This document shows positions 27,323 through 37,414 of a stretch of DNA of 53,441 nt, piece after piece. The DNA is from Sediminibacterium sp. (GTDB lineage: Bacteria > Bacteroidota > Bacteroidia > Chitinophagales > Chitinophagaceae), in contig JBMLPQ010000092.1 in the NCBI GenBank assembly GCA_049242025.1, forward strand, positions 1 through 53,441, written 5' to 3'. How positions within the stretch are numbered: the first letter of the stretch is position 1; each line of letters opens with the position of its first letter. The position numbers and the translations under genes were made by a program. The notes beneath the pieces are model-generated. The model was not told the DNA's origin. It ran no database searches and saw nothing but the letters and a program-made list of their open reading frames with translations.

Positions 27323-29257
27323 ATGGAGTTTGTTCCCGGTCCTTTACTCAAAAATATCAATAGTCCTGAAGATCTTAAAAAACTCAGCAGAGCACAATTA
27401 CACCAAATTTGCGACGAATTAAGACAATATATCATAGATGTGGTAAGCGTTCATGGCGGACATTTTGCAGCTAGTTTAGGCGTAGTGGAATTGTCGGTGG
27501 CATTACATTATATCTATAATACCCCTTATGATCAGCTAGTTTGGGACGTTGGTCATCAGGCTTATGGGCACAAAATATTGACAGGAAGAAGAGATAATTT
27601 TCCTACTAATCGCAAATACAAAGGATTAAGTGGTTTCCCTAAACGTTCTGAAAGTGAATATGATACTTTTGGCGTTGGGCACTCTTCTACTTCTATTTCT
27701 GCAGCTTTAGGAATGTCAATTGCGGCAAAGCACAAAGGAGAAAATAGAAAATCGGTGGCCATTATTGGAGATGGATCAATGACAGCAGGTATGGCTTTTG
27801 AAGCAATGAACCATGCAGGGGTTGCTGACAGTGATGTGCTTATCATTTTGAACGACAATTGCATGAGCATCGATCCTAATGTAGGCGCCTTAAAAGAATA
27901 TTTAACTGATATCAGCACTTCTCCTACTTATAATAAAGTCAGAGACGAAATATGGAACCTAATGGGCAAATTGCCGGTAGGAAAAACCTTCAGTAGAGAG
28001 ATGGCTTCAAAAATGGAAGCCAGCATCAAGGGAGTAGTTAATAAAAGCAGTAATTTATTTGAAGCGTTGAAGCTGCGTTATTTTGGCCCTATCGATGGTC
28101 ATAATATTACCAAATTAGTAGATACTTTAAAGGACCTAAAAGAAATACCTGGTCCTAAATTATTGCATATTATTACCACTAAGGGGAAGGGATACGAACT
28201 AGCAGAGAAGGACCAAACAAAGTGGCATGCACCCGGCTTATTTGACAAAACAACAGGAGAAATTTTCAAAAAGAAAATAGATATCCCACAGCCACCAAAA
28301 TACCAAGATGTATTTGGACATACCATGATTGAATTAGCAGAAGCCAACCCCAAAGTAATGGGTGTTACACCAGCTATGCCTAGCGGATCTTCGCTCAAAT
28401 TCATGATGGAGAAAATGCCAGATCGTGCTTTTGACGTAGGTATTTGCGAGCAACATGCTGTTACTGTTAGTGCAGGTATGGCTACCCAAGGCTTAAGGGT
28501 ATTCTGTAATATTTATTCTTCGTTTATGCAACGTGCTTATGACCAAGTAGTACACGATGTTGCATTGCAAAAATTACCTGTTGTATTTTGTTTAGACCGT
28601 GCTGGCTTAGTGGGTGAAGATGGGCCTACTCACCATGGTTGTTACGATATTTCATTCATGCGTTGCATACCTAATTTAATTATTGCAGCACCCATGAATG
28701 AAAAGGAATTACGCAACTTAATGTATACCGCACAATTGGATGAAACGCAGTATCCTGTTGTAATACGTTATCCAAGGGGAGAAGGCGTAATGCCAGAATG
28801 GAAGACTCCATTCGAAGCTATTACCATTGGGAAAGGACGCAAATTAAAAGATGGCAAAGAAGTAGCTATTCTCAGCTTTGGGCATCCTGGTAATTTTGCA
28901 CAAACAGCCATTCGTAATTTAAGAACAGAAGGTATTGATCCTGCTCATTACGATATCCGATTTGTTAAGCCAATTGATGAAGCATTACTGCACGAAGTAT
29001 TTAGCAATTATTCAAAAATAGTAACTGTAGAAGATGGCACCGTTGTAGGGGGATTTGGATCGGCAATATTAGAATTCATGAACGCGAATGGTTATAAAGC
29101 AGATGTAAAAATCTTAGGCATACCAGATAGATTGGTAGAGCATGGAACACCTAAAGAATTACACAGAGAATGCGCTTATGATGCGGAAGGAATTGCAGAT
29201 ACAGTGCGTGAATTAATGAAAAATCAAGTCAATATTAGTAGCAATATTTTACAATAA
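27323..29257 (+). CDS. dxs: 1-deoxy-D-xylulose-5-phosphate synthase
   Basis: WDVGHQAY.HK, GHSSTSISA, GDG..N TPP motif, GICEQHA, DRAGLVGEDGPTHHG. Confidence 0.97.
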   Translation: MEFVPGPLLKNINSPEDLKKLSRAQLHQICDELRQYIIDVVSVHGGHFAASLGVVELSVALHYIYNTPYDQLVWDVGHQAYGHKILTGRRDNFPTNRKYKGLSGFPKRSESEYDTFGVGHSSTSISAALGMSIAAKHKGENRKSVAIIGDGSMTAGMAFEAMNHAGVADSDVLIILNDNCMSIDPNVGALKEYLTDISTSPTYNKVRDEIWNLMGKLPVGKTFSREMASKMEASIKGVVNKSSNLFEALKLRYFGPIDGHNITKLVDTLKDLKEIPGPKLLHIITTKGKGYELAEKDQTKWHAPGLFDKTTGEIFKKKIDIPQPPKYQDVFGHTMIELAEANPKVMGVTPAMPSGSSLKFMMEKMPDRAFDVGICEQHAVTVSAGMATQGLRVFCNIYSSFMQRAYDQVVHDVALQKLPVVFCLDRAGLVGEDGPTHHGCYDISFMRCIPNLIIAAPMNEKELRNLMYTAQLDETQYPVVIRYPRGEGVMPEWKTPFEAITIGKGRKLKDGKEVAILSFGHPGNFAQTAIRNLRTEGIDPAHYDIRFVKPIDEALLHEVFSNYSKIVTVEDGTVVGGFGSAILEFMNANGYKADVKILGIPDRLVEHGTPKELHRECAYDAEGIADTVRELMKNQVNISSNILQ

Positions 29258-29274
29258 TATTTAACGCTAACAAC

Positions 29275-29306
29275 AAAAAGGGCAATGTTTTACATTGCCC
29301 TTTTTT
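29275..29306. terminator. bidirectional intrinsic terminator between dxs and scpA
   Basis: AAAAAGGGCAATGT-TTT-ACATTGCCCTTTTT. Confidence 0.85.
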
Positions 29307-29307
29307 A

Positions 29308-30123
29308 TTATTCAAAACTTCCTTCTTGTTCGGTTCTTTCTTCCTCTGTTAAACCCTCATCCGCTATATCAGCTTCTCTATTTTCATTCCATTCAACAAT
29401 AAAATTATTCATGCCTTGGCCCACCAATAATTTCATGTATTTCTGTTGAGATAATTCTAAAATGGATAAGAATAAGAAAATGGCATGAATGCGATCTTCG
29501 CATATTTCAAATACTTTTTCAAAAGCGACCGTCTTCTCTCTACCAACAAAATCGAGCATATAATCACGGCTGCCTTCCATGGTATAGTTGTAGCGGACCA
29601 CTGTATGAACAGGCTTATTCTGTCTATCGTGAACGCGTTGCATTACTTTTTCAAAAGCTTTCATCAGCTTGAATAAAGTAATATTCTGTATTTCCGTTCC
29701 TTCGGATGCTTCCTCTCCAATGGATGAAATCTCTCTTTGTAAATTACCCCTTTTCACCATCAACATCCGCATGGCTTCCATCTCAGCCATTTGAACAGCT
29801 GCTTCTTTGAATTTTTTATATTCAAGTATTTTGTCAATCAATTCTTGACGTGGATCTATTTCATTACCAGATGCATCAATTTCTTTTCTTGGCAAAAGCA
29901 ATCTCGCTTTAATGCGCATTAAAGTAGATACAAACAAAATAAATTCAGAACTCAACTCAATATTCAACTTTTCTGAGCCATGTATAAATGCTAAAAAGTC
30001 GTTGATGATTTTAGTGATAGGAATATTATAAATGTCTAATTCATCCCTTTCAATAAAGAACAATAAAAGGTCAAAAGGGCCTTCAAATTGGTCTAGTTTA
30101 ATTTGATAGTTTACAGTACTCAC
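29308..30123 (-). CDS. scpA: segregation/condensation protein A (kleisin)
   Basis: FEGPFDLLL, LDIYNIPI..I, KARLLLP, FLSILEL; GTG 30123 preferred because the longer ORF overlaps the mscL terminator. Confidence 0.88.
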   Translation of the reverse strand: MSTVNYQIKLDQFEGPFDLLLFFIERDELDIYNIPITKIINDFLAFIHGSEKLNIELSSEFILFVSTLMRIKARLLLPRKEIDASGNEIDPRQELIDKILEYKKFKEAAVQMAEMEAMRMLMVKRGNLQREISSIGEEASEGTEIQNITLFKLMKAFEKVMQRVHDRQNKPVHTVVRYNYTMEGSRDYMLDFVGREKTVAFEKVFEICEDRIHAIFLFLSILELSQQKYMKLLVGQGMNNFIVEWNENREADIADEGLTEEERTEQEGSFE

Positions 30124-30140
30124 GTTCCGATTTTTTACAA

Positions 30141-30174
30141 AGAAAAGAAAACAGGGCCTAATATAGCCCTGTTT
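30141..30174 (-). terminator. intrinsic terminator of mscL
   Basis: AAACAGGGC/GCCCTGTTT stem followed by a U-rich tract on the - strand. Confidence 0.7.
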
Positions 30175-30205
30175 CACGAATAGTTATCCACCAAAATGGC
30201 TTAAT

Positions 30206-30643
30206 CTACTTTTTTAGAGAATCACGTATTTCAGCAAGGAGTTTTTCGGTATTGCTGGGTTCTGGAGGCGTGGCAGGTTTTTCAGGAGCTTCCGTTCTTT
30301 TTAACTTATTCAAGGCCTTAATAACCATAAAAACAGCAAATGCTACAATGATGAAGTCGATCAAATTGGTAATAAACTCGCCATACTTAACAGATACCTC
30401 TGTAATAGCAGGAGTTACCACATTACCAGTAGCATCTTTTACTGCATCTACTGATTTTTGCAATACCAATTTTTTATCATTGAAATCTACCCCACCAGTG
30501 AGCATACCAACTAATGGCATTATGATTCCATCCACAAAAGAGGTAACAATTTTTCCAAAAGACACCCCCATTACAAAAGCTACAGCGGTATCTACTAAGT
30601 TGCCTCTAACGGCAAACTCTTTGAATTCTTTTATCATGCCCAT
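30206..30643 (-). CDS. mscL: large-conductance mechanosensitive channel
   Basis: EFKEFAVRGN, IVTSFVDGIIMP, YGEFI...IDF, LLAEIRD. Confidence 0.95.
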   Translation of the reverse strand: MGMIKEFKEFAVRGNLVDTAVAFVMGVSFGKIVTSFVDGIIMPLVGMLTGGVDFNDKKLVLQKSVDAVKDATGNVVTPAITEVSVKYGEFITNLIDFIIVAFAVFMVIKALNKLKRTEAPEKPATPPEPSNTEKLLAEIRDSLKK

Positions 30644-30670
30644 ATTTAATGATTTATTGCTGAAATATAC

Positions 30671-31417
30671 TTATTTCTTTAAACCTGGAAATCGCATCTT
30701 CAATTTTTTTAATGTAGTTAGTATGGTTTGAGCTACTAAATACTCTTTGTACCAGTTTTGATCTGAGGGAATAATATGCCAAGGCACTTTATTACACTTA
30801 TTAAAACAATCCTCATAAGCATGCATATACTGGTCCCAAAGCTTGGCTTCCGCTAAATCTTGTTCATTGTATTTCCATTGCTTGGTTTTATCTTCTAGTC
30901 TTTCCAGCAACCTTTGATTTTGCTCTTCAGGGCTGATATGCAAATAGAATTTTAGAATATATGTTTGATTATGCACTTCCAGCATTTCTTCAAAATCATT
31001 GATGGCTTTCATTCTTTTAATAGCCAAGGCATCGTTGCACCAATTATGTACCCTTGTAATTAAGATGTCTTCGTAATGTGAACGATTAAATACTTGAATC
31101 ATGCCCTTAGAAGGGGCATGCATATGTATTCGCCATAAAAAATCATGAGAGAGTTCTTTTGAAGTAGGTGCTTTAAAAGACTCTACTTGAACCCCTTGCG
31201 GATTCATAACACCAAAAACATCTCTAATCAGCCCATCCTTACCACTGGCATCCATTCCTTGAATCACAATGAGTAAAGAGTATTTTGATTCTGCATATAA
31301 TAAATTTTGCAATTCAGTCAGTTCCTTTAATATTAAAGCCGTTTTTTCTTTTGTTTTTTCTTTATTAAATGCTTTTGGAGCTCTCGTACTTATTTTGCTT
31401 AAGCGAACTGTTTGCAT
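30671..31417 (-). CDS. PPK2-family polyphosphate kinase
   Basis: QGMDASGKDG Walker A, FKAP, HDFLWR, FNRSHYE, PW..IPSD..WY. Confidence 0.92.
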   Translation of the reverse strand: MQTVRLSKISTRAPKAFNKEKTKEKTALILKELTELQNLLYAESKYSLLIVIQGMDASGKDGLIRDVFGVMNPQGVQVESFKAPTSKELSHDFLWRIHMHAPSKGMIQVFNRSHYEDILITRVHNWCNDALAIKRMKAINDFEEMLEVHNQTYILKFYLHISPEEQNQRLLERLEDKTKQWKYNEQDLAEAKLWDQYMHAYEDCFNKCNKVPWHIIPSDQNWYKEYLVAQTILTTLKKLKMRFPGLKK

Positions 31418-31484
31418 AATCCATTGTTTACTTAAATGTATTGATTTAGAAGCGTAAATACTTCATCTTTGATAAAATTTTACT

Positions 31485-32351
31485 GTGCAAAAACAAGTAT
31501 TGAATTGGCTCATTTTTAGTTTACTCTGCATTATTTGGGGCAGTTCTTTTATTTTGATGAAGGGAGGCATGAATGTATTAAGTCCTTATCAAGTTGCTTC
31601 CATACGTATTATAAGCGCTGGTTTAGTGTTACTTCCTTTTTCACTGAAAGCCATAAGGAATATCCCTAAAGAAAAAAGAGGGGTTGTAGTATTATCAGGA
31701 TTATTAGGAAGCTTTTTCCCGGCTTATTTATTTTGCATTGCAGAAACAAAAATAGATAGTGCACTTGCCGGAATTATGAATGCACTAACCCCGCTGTTTG
31801 TGATCATCACTGGTATCTCTTTTTTTCAATTAAAGGTTAAGAAGCTGCAATTATTGGGAATCATTGTTGGATTTATTGGCCTATCGCTATTGGTTGCTGC
31901 TGGCTCCAATATCAACTTAGAATATTTCTCTTATTCCTTGTTGGTTTTATCGGCCACTTTACTATACGGCATTAATGTAAATATGGTGGGCAAACATATG
32001 CAAGGAATTGGATCATTAGAAATTGCTTCCATGGCTTTTGTATTCCTGTTGATTCCTTGCTCAATTATTTTATACTTCACAGGTTTTTTTGCACTGCCTT
32101 TAACGGAAGATGCTTATTTACTTTCAACCGGAGCTTCAGCCATTTTGGGGATTTTTGGAACCGCAGTTGCTTCTGTATTATTTTACATGTTGGTAAAAAG
32201 AGCAGGAGCATTATTCGCTTCTATGGTCACTTACGGGATACCGTTTGTGGCAATCGGATGGGGTATCTGGGGAGGCGAGCAGGTAAACCTTATTCAGGTT
32301 ACCTGCTGCGGAATTATTTTGATTGGAGTTTATTTAGCTAATAAGAAATAA
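31485..32351 (+). CDS. DMT/EamA family transporter
   Basis: IWGSSF, about 10 TMs, S..AG.MNALTP. Confidence 0.9.
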   Translation: MQKQVLNWLIFSLLCIIWGSSFILMKGGMNVLSPYQVASIRIISAGLVLLPFSLKAIRNIPKEKRGVVVLSGLLGSFFPAYLFCIAETKIDSALAGIMNALTPLFVIITGISFFQLKVKKLQLLGIIVGFIGLSLLVAAGSNINLEYFSYSLLVLSATLLYGINVNMVGKHMQGIGSLEIASMAFVFLLIPCSIILYFTGFFALPLTEDAYLLSTGASAILGIFGTAVASVLFYMLVKRAGALFASMVTYGIPFVAIGWGIWGGEQVNLIQVTCCGIILIGVYLANKK

Positions 32352-32915
32352 TTATACAGTCATCATTTCTTTTTCTTTGGTAGCCAAATGTTTTTCTACC
32401 AAGGCAATATGTTTATCTGTTAATTCTTGAATATCTTTTTCTGCATCTTTTGCAGCGTCTTCACTTAAACCTTCTTTCTGTAATTTCTTCACGTCTTCAA
32501 TAGCATCTCTTCTGATATTGCGAATTGCAATTTTGGCTTGTTCTCCTTCCCCACCCGCTTTTTTTACCAATTCCTTTCTTCTTTCTTCGGTTAATGGAGG
32601 CATAAACAACCTGATTTGCACCCCATCATTTTGTGGTGTAATACCAATATTGGCGGCCATTATTGCGCGTTCAATTAACGCTAGCATATTTTTTTCCCAA
32701 GGTTGAATACTAATAGTTCTAGCATCTAATACGGTAATATTAGCTACCTGAGCAATAGGAGTAGGAGATCCATAGTAATCTACGGTGATTCCATCTAACA
32801 TATTGGGGTTGGCTTTACCAGCTCTAATTTTAACTAGTTCTACCTCCAAATGGGAGATGGCTTTTTTCATAGTATCGGTAGCATCGTCGATGATCATTCC
32901 TAATTCTTCAGACAT
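32352..32915 (-). CDS. frr: ribosome recycling factor
   Basis: RAGKANP, VDYYG, PPLTEERRKEL, IRNIRRD. Confidence 0.97.
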   Translation of the reverse strand: MSEELGMIIDDATDTMKKAISHLEVELVKIRAGKANPNMLDGITVDYYGSPTPIAQVANITVLDARTISIQPWEKNMLALIERAIMAANIGITPQNDGVQIRLFMPPLTEERRKELVKKAGGEGEQAKIAIRNIRRDAIEDVKKLQKEGLSEDAAKDAEKDIQELTDKHIALVEKHLATKEKEMMTV

Positions 32916-33037
32916 AATTAAAATTTAAGTGCGGCAAATTTAATAAATCAATCCATACTTGTTGAACAAGTTTAAGGCAAAATAGGTCAAATATGCCCCA
33001 AATGCTTTTATCTTCGCTGTAAATTACCGAATTTGTT

Positions 33038-33880
33038 ATGGCAAGTATAGCTGATTTAAAAAGCACGGCAACCCAAGTAAGAAGAGATATTGTGCGTATG
33101 GTGCACGGTGTTCAAAGTGGCCACCCTGGTGGATCTTTGGGATGTACTGATGTAGTAACTGCACTTTATTTTCATATTATGAAGCATGATGTGCATTTTA
33201 ACATGGACGGAAAAGAAGAAGACTTATTCTTTTTATCAAATGGTCATATTTCACCGCTACTCTATTCTGTTTTAGCTCGTGCGGGCTATTTTGATGTGAA
33301 AGAATTAGCAAGTTTTAGAAAAATCAATACCCGCTTACAAGGACACCCTACTACGCACGAACATTTACCAGGGATAAGAATTGCAAGTGGCTCATTAGGG
33401 CAAGGGTTGAGCGTAGCTGTAGGGGCAGCACTCACCAAGAAATTAAATCAAGACCCTCATTTGGTTTTTTCTTTACATGGTGATGGAGAATTACAAGAAG
33501 GACAAATTTGGGAAGCAGTGATGTTTGCGGCTCACAATAAAGTAGACAACTTAATCAGCATAGTGGATTTGAACGGACAACAAATAGACGGACCTACCAG
33601 CAAAGTATTGTCTTTGGGAAGTTTGCGCAGTAAGTTTGAAGCGTTTGATTGGACAGTGCTCGATATGGATGGAAATGATATGGATAGCGTGGTGGCTGTT
33701 TTAGACAAAGCCAAGTCAATGACAGGAAATGGCAAGCCCATATGCATTTTAATGAAAACAGAAATGGGTAAGGGAGTAGATTTTATGGAAGGAAGCCACG
33801 AATGGCATGGTATTGCTCCTAGTGATGACCAATTGGCTAAAGCCTTAGCGCAGTTGCCAGAAACATTAGGCGATTATTAA
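33038..33880 (+). CDS. transketolase N-terminal (TPP-binding) subunit
   Basis: SGHPGGSL, LSNGH, LQGHP, GSLGQG, GDGELQEG..WEA, WHG. Confidence 0.93.
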   Translation: MASIADLKSTATQVRRDIVRMVHGVQSGHPGGSLGCTDVVTALYFHIMKHDVHFNMDGKEEDLFFLSNGHISPLLYSVLARAGYFDVKELASFRKINTRLQGHPTTHEHLPGIRIASGSLGQGLSVAVGAALTKKLNQDPHLVFSLHGDGELQEGQIWEAVMFAAHNKVDNLISIVDLNGQQIDGPTSKVLSLGSLRSKFEAFDWTVLDMDGNDMDSVVAVLDKAKSMTGNGKPICILMKTEMGKGVDFMEGSHEWHGIAPSDDQLAKALAQLPETLGDY

Positions 33881-33911
33881 AAAATAATTAGTTGGGGTTT
33901 ACCCATTCTAT

Positions 33912-35117
33912 TTAAGTGCGCAGCTCAAAAGGTTGCGCACTTGTTTTTTGTGCAGTAACCCAAGCAGCTGTAAAGGAAATTGCAGTAACAGTCAATAAAA
34001 CCAGTAGAAAGTCTAATGGCAATGTTTTTACCGGATAATAATCTATGATAAACGTAGAACCTCCCAATTTTATCAAATGAAATTTTTCTTGCACCCAGCA
34101 TATTCCTCCTCCCAGAAGAATACCAGCACCCGCTCCAATTGCAGCAAGCAGCAATCCCTCTAATAAAAAGATAGTTCGAATTCGATTACCTGAGGCACCC
34201 AAAGCGCGCAATACCGCAATGTCTTTTTGTTTTTCTAAAACCAACATACTCAAAGCTCCAATCATATTAAACGCTGCCACTACCAGAATTAAAGAAAGGA
34301 TGCCATATATAACCCATTTTTCTAATTGCATAACCGAATACAATGCTGCGTTCTGCTGGTACCGAGTTTGTATTTGAACTTGATTACCCAAAATCGTTTG
34401 TAATTGCTTTACTAAGTTGTTATTGTCCTCCTTTGCATTAACTTCTATGGAACTATATTCATTGGCTTTTAAGCCCAACATATACTGCACAAATGCCAAG
34501 TTGGTAAACGCATATTTATTGTCAAATTCTTGTTGTACAATAAATGCTCCTGATGGAATTACAGAAAAAGAATTCAACCCATCGCCCGTTAACAAATTAC
34601 CATTTCGGTTAGGAAAATATAAAGTAGCTGCTTCTAATACTTTCTCGGTATTAATACCAGCGGCGTTTTCAATCCCTCCACCCATAACGATTCCAGGGAT
34701 ATTGGCATCACCCAATTCAAAGTTTCCTCTTCGGATATATTTTTGAATAGGGTTTACTTGATTATAATTTTGTTCTACCCCTTTAATGGTGACAATCGTT
34801 TGATAAGCGCCTGTTAAAAGTGCTTTTTCTTCTGCAACAAAACTAAAAGCTTTAATGTCTTTAATGGCTTTTAGTTGTTTTGATTGAGCAGGGCTGATTT
34901 CAATGGTTTTTCCTTTTAAAGGCACCACTTTATAGGCGGGATAAAAATCTCCGTACAAGCCTTTCACCAAGTCTTCAAAACCATTGAAAACACTAAGGAT
35001 AATAATTAAAGATGCTGTACCAACAGCTATAGCAGTGATGGCAATCCATGCAATGATATTGATTGCATTGGTTGTTTTTTTAGAGCGAAAATAGCGCCAG
35101 GCAAATAGCAGGTTCAT
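33912..35117 (-). CDS. LolC/E (FtsX-like) ABC transporter permease
   Basis: FAWRYF, LSVFNGF, VAAFN, EK.KDIA.LRALGA, YYPV. Confidence 0.88.
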   Translation of the reverse strand: MNLLFAWRYFRSKKTTNAINIIAWIAITAIAVGTASLIIILSVFNGFEDLVKGLYGDFYPAYKVVPLKGKTIEISPAQSKQLKAIKDIKAFSFVAEEKALLTGAYQTIVTIKGVEQNYNQVNPIQKYIRRGNFELGDANIPGIVMGGGIENAAGINTEKVLEAATLYFPNRNGNLLTGDGLNSFSVIPSGAFIVQQEFDNKYAFTNLAFVQYMLGLKANEYSSIEVNAKEDNNNLVKQLQTILGNQVQIQTRYQQNAALYSVMQLEKWVIYGILSLILVVAAFNMIGALSMLVLEKQKDIAVLRALGASGNRIRTIFLLEGLLLAAIGAGAGILLGGGICWVQEKFHLIKLGGSTFIIDYYPVKTLPLDFLLVLLTVTAISFTAAWVTAQKTSAQPFELRT

Positions 35118-35473
35118 TCGCCTTTTTCATTAATTTTCTTAAATACTTCTTCCATTTTGAAAACATAATCCAGCGTATCGTCGTTGTAAAAATGAATTAC
35201 AGGTATTCTTCTAAGTTGATGCTTCATTTTATCCGCTAACTCCTTTTTGATTTCCCATGCTTTAGATTCAATTTTTTTCATCACAGCAACTGGGTCTTTT
35301 ACTTGAAATAAACTCAGGTAAACCCTTGCTTCTAATAAGTCTGGTGTTACTTTAACACTGGCAATAGAAACCATCCCACCATCAATCATAGACAGGTTTA
35401 ATCTTCTGAATATATCGTTAAATTGTTCTTGTAATGCGCCGGCTACCTGCCGCTGTCTTTTTCCTTCCTCCAT
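35114..35473 (-). CDS. rbfA: 30S ribosome-binding factor A
   Basis: RQRQVA, VTPDL..ARVY, LRRIP.I.F..DDTL; ATG 35473 preferred. Confidence 0.92.
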   Translation of the reverse strand: MEEGKRQRQVAGALQEQFNDIFRRLNLSMIDGGMVSIASVKVTPDLLEARVYLSLFQVKDPVAVMKKIESKAWEIKKELADKMKHQLRRIPVIHFYNDDTLDYVFKMEEVFKKINEKGE

Positions 35474-35534
35474 AATATCAAGGTTTATGGGTGTAAAATT
35501 AGTTACTTTGCCTTGTTTCACCATTTATTCCTGT

Positions 35535-37364
35535 ATGAAGCGTTTTGAGCGAATCTTATTTTACCTGCGTAGCCAACAAAAAAACATAGTATTATACGTT
35601 GTTTTTAACCTGTTGTCCATCTTGTTTTCATTGGTGTCTTTGGCAATGCTATCGCCCATATTGAAGCTCCTATTTACAGATAAAAAAGAAGTCATCGCCA
35701 AGCCTGCTATGTCCTTTTCTTTAGAAGGACTACAAAATGCCACCGAATATTTCAGGTACTATTTTAATGAATTGATTTCTCAAAAGGGCCCTATTTACGC
35801 TTTAGGCACTGCTTGTATCATCATCATCATTGCCATTTTCTTTAAAAATATGTTCACCTATTTGTCTTTTAGAGTGCTGGCACCCATGCGTAATTATGTG
35901 ATGACCAAATTAAGGTCTGACTTATATGCAAAGATTTTGGAATTGCCAATTGGCTTTTTTACAGAGCAAAAGAAAGGAGATATTATCAGTAGGATGAGCA
36001 ATGATGCCAACGAGATTGAATGGAGTGTGATGAGCACCCTAGAGGGTTTGATTAGAGACCCATTAAATATCTTAATCATTTTAGGTGTCTTAATTTATAT
36101 TAGTCCGGTACTATCTTTATTTCTATTGGTGCTCTTGCCAATTACCGGTTTTTTAATTGGTAGAATCAGTCGTTCCCTTAAAAAACAATCTACCGCTTCT
36201 GCCGAAGAGCTGGGTACTTTGATGAGTATTTTAGATGAAACCTTGGGTGGATTAAGGGTAATTAAAGCATTCAATGCAGAAAAAATTCTTAGAAGTCGTT
36301 TCTTCAATACCAATAATAACCTGAACCATATTCGCAATAAAATGAATTTTAGAAAAGACTTGGCATCACCCATGTCTGAGTTCATGGGTGTAATGGTGTT
36401 GAGTTGTATTTTATGGTTCGGCGGAAGATTGGTTTTAGGACATGAAGCAGGATTAAAGGGAGACAGTTTTGTCAATTATATTCTCATATTTACACAAATC
36501 ATCAATCCTGCCAAATCCTTATCCACAGCATTTTACAACGCACAAAGAGGCAGTGCAGCCATACAGCGAATAGAAGAAATTTTGCAAGCACCTGTAACAG
36601 TTACAGACTTGCCCAACGCCAAAAACTTAACCCAGTTTGAAGATTCCATTGAATTTAAAAATGTTGGCTTCTCTTACAACGACACGCCAATATTAAAAAA
36701 TATCAACCTCACTATTCAAAAAGGGAAAACCATTGCCTTAGTAGGATCTTCTGGAGCAGGAAAAAGTAGCTTGGCCGACTTGGTTCCAAGATTTCATGAT
36801 GTTACCAGTGGTGAGATTTTAATTGATGGGATAAATATTAAAGCATATACTTTACACAGCATAAGGAGTATGATGGGTATAGTAACACAAGAGCCCATTC
36901 TATTTAATGATACGATTGCAGGTAATATTGCATTAGGGATTGACAATGTGAATGATCAAGACATAGAGCATGCAGCCAAAGTGGCGAATGCATTGGATTT
37001 TATACATAAAAAAGAAGAAGGTTTTCAAACAAATATTGGGGACCGTGGTGGCAAATTGAGTGGAGGAGAAAGACAAAGAGTTACCATAGCAAGAGCAGTT
37101 TTAAAAAATCCACCCATCCTTATTTTAGATGAAGCAACTTCCTCATTAGATACAGAAAGTGAAAGACTGGTTCAAGATGCCATTAATAATATGATGCAAA
37201 ACAGGACTTCCATTGTGATTGCACATAGACTTAGCACCATTAGACATGCAGATGAAATTATCGTTTTACAAAAAGGAGAAATTGCAGAACGAGGCACCCA
37301 TGACGACTTGTTGGCTAAAGGCGGTATCTATAGAAAGTTAGTAGACATGCAGGAAGTAAAATAA
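35535..37364 (+). CDS. MsbA-like ABC exporter (TMD+NBD)
   Basis: GSSGAGKS, LSGGERQR, LILDEATS, IAHRLST; ATG 35535 preferred. Confidence 0.9.
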   Translation: MKRFERILFYLRSQQKNIVLYVVFNLLSILFSLVSLAMLSPILKLLFTDKKEVIAKPAMSFSLEGLQNATEYFRYYFNELISQKGPIYALGTACIIIIIAIFFKNMFTYLSFRVLAPMRNYVMTKLRSDLYAKILELPIGFFTEQKKGDIISRMSNDANEIEWSVMSTLEGLIRDPLNILIILGVLIYISPVLSLFLLVLLPITGFLIGRISRSLKKQSTASAEELGTLMSILDETLGGLRVIKAFNAEKILRSRFFNTNNNLNHIRNKMNFRKDLASPMSEFMGVMVLSCILWFGGRLVLGHEAGLKGDSFVNYILIFTQIINPAKSLSTAFYNAQRGSAAIQRIEEILQAPVTVTDLPNAKNLTQFEDSIEFKNVGFSYNDTPILKNINLTIQKGKTIALVGSSGAGKSSLADLVPRFHDVTSGEILIDGINIKAYTLHSIRSMMGIVTQEPILFNDTIAGNIALGIDNVNDQDIEHAAKVANALDFIHKKEEGFQTNIGDRGGKLSGGERQRVTIARAVLKNPPILILDEATSSLDTESERLVQDAINNMMQNRTSIVIAHRLSTIRHADEIIVLQKGEIAERGTHDDLLAKGGIYRKLVDMQEVK

Positions 37365-37386
37365 AAAGCCCCGAAAAATTCGGGGC
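37362..37386 (-). terminator. intrinsic terminator of the ileS-dksA operon
   Basis: GCCCCGAA-AAA-TTCGGGGC with an A-tract on its left. Confidence 0.72.
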
Positions 37387-37414
37387 CCTATATCAGTTAG
37401 TTTGGTTGAACTAT

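Noticed and set aside
30184-30192. TTATCCACC DnaA-box-like site upstream of scpA
   Set aside because: A single one-mismatch box is expected by chance in 53 kb.
30252-30731. 159-aa ORF antisense to mscL
   Set aside because: It overlaps a conserved gene on the opposite strand and has no recognisable motifs.
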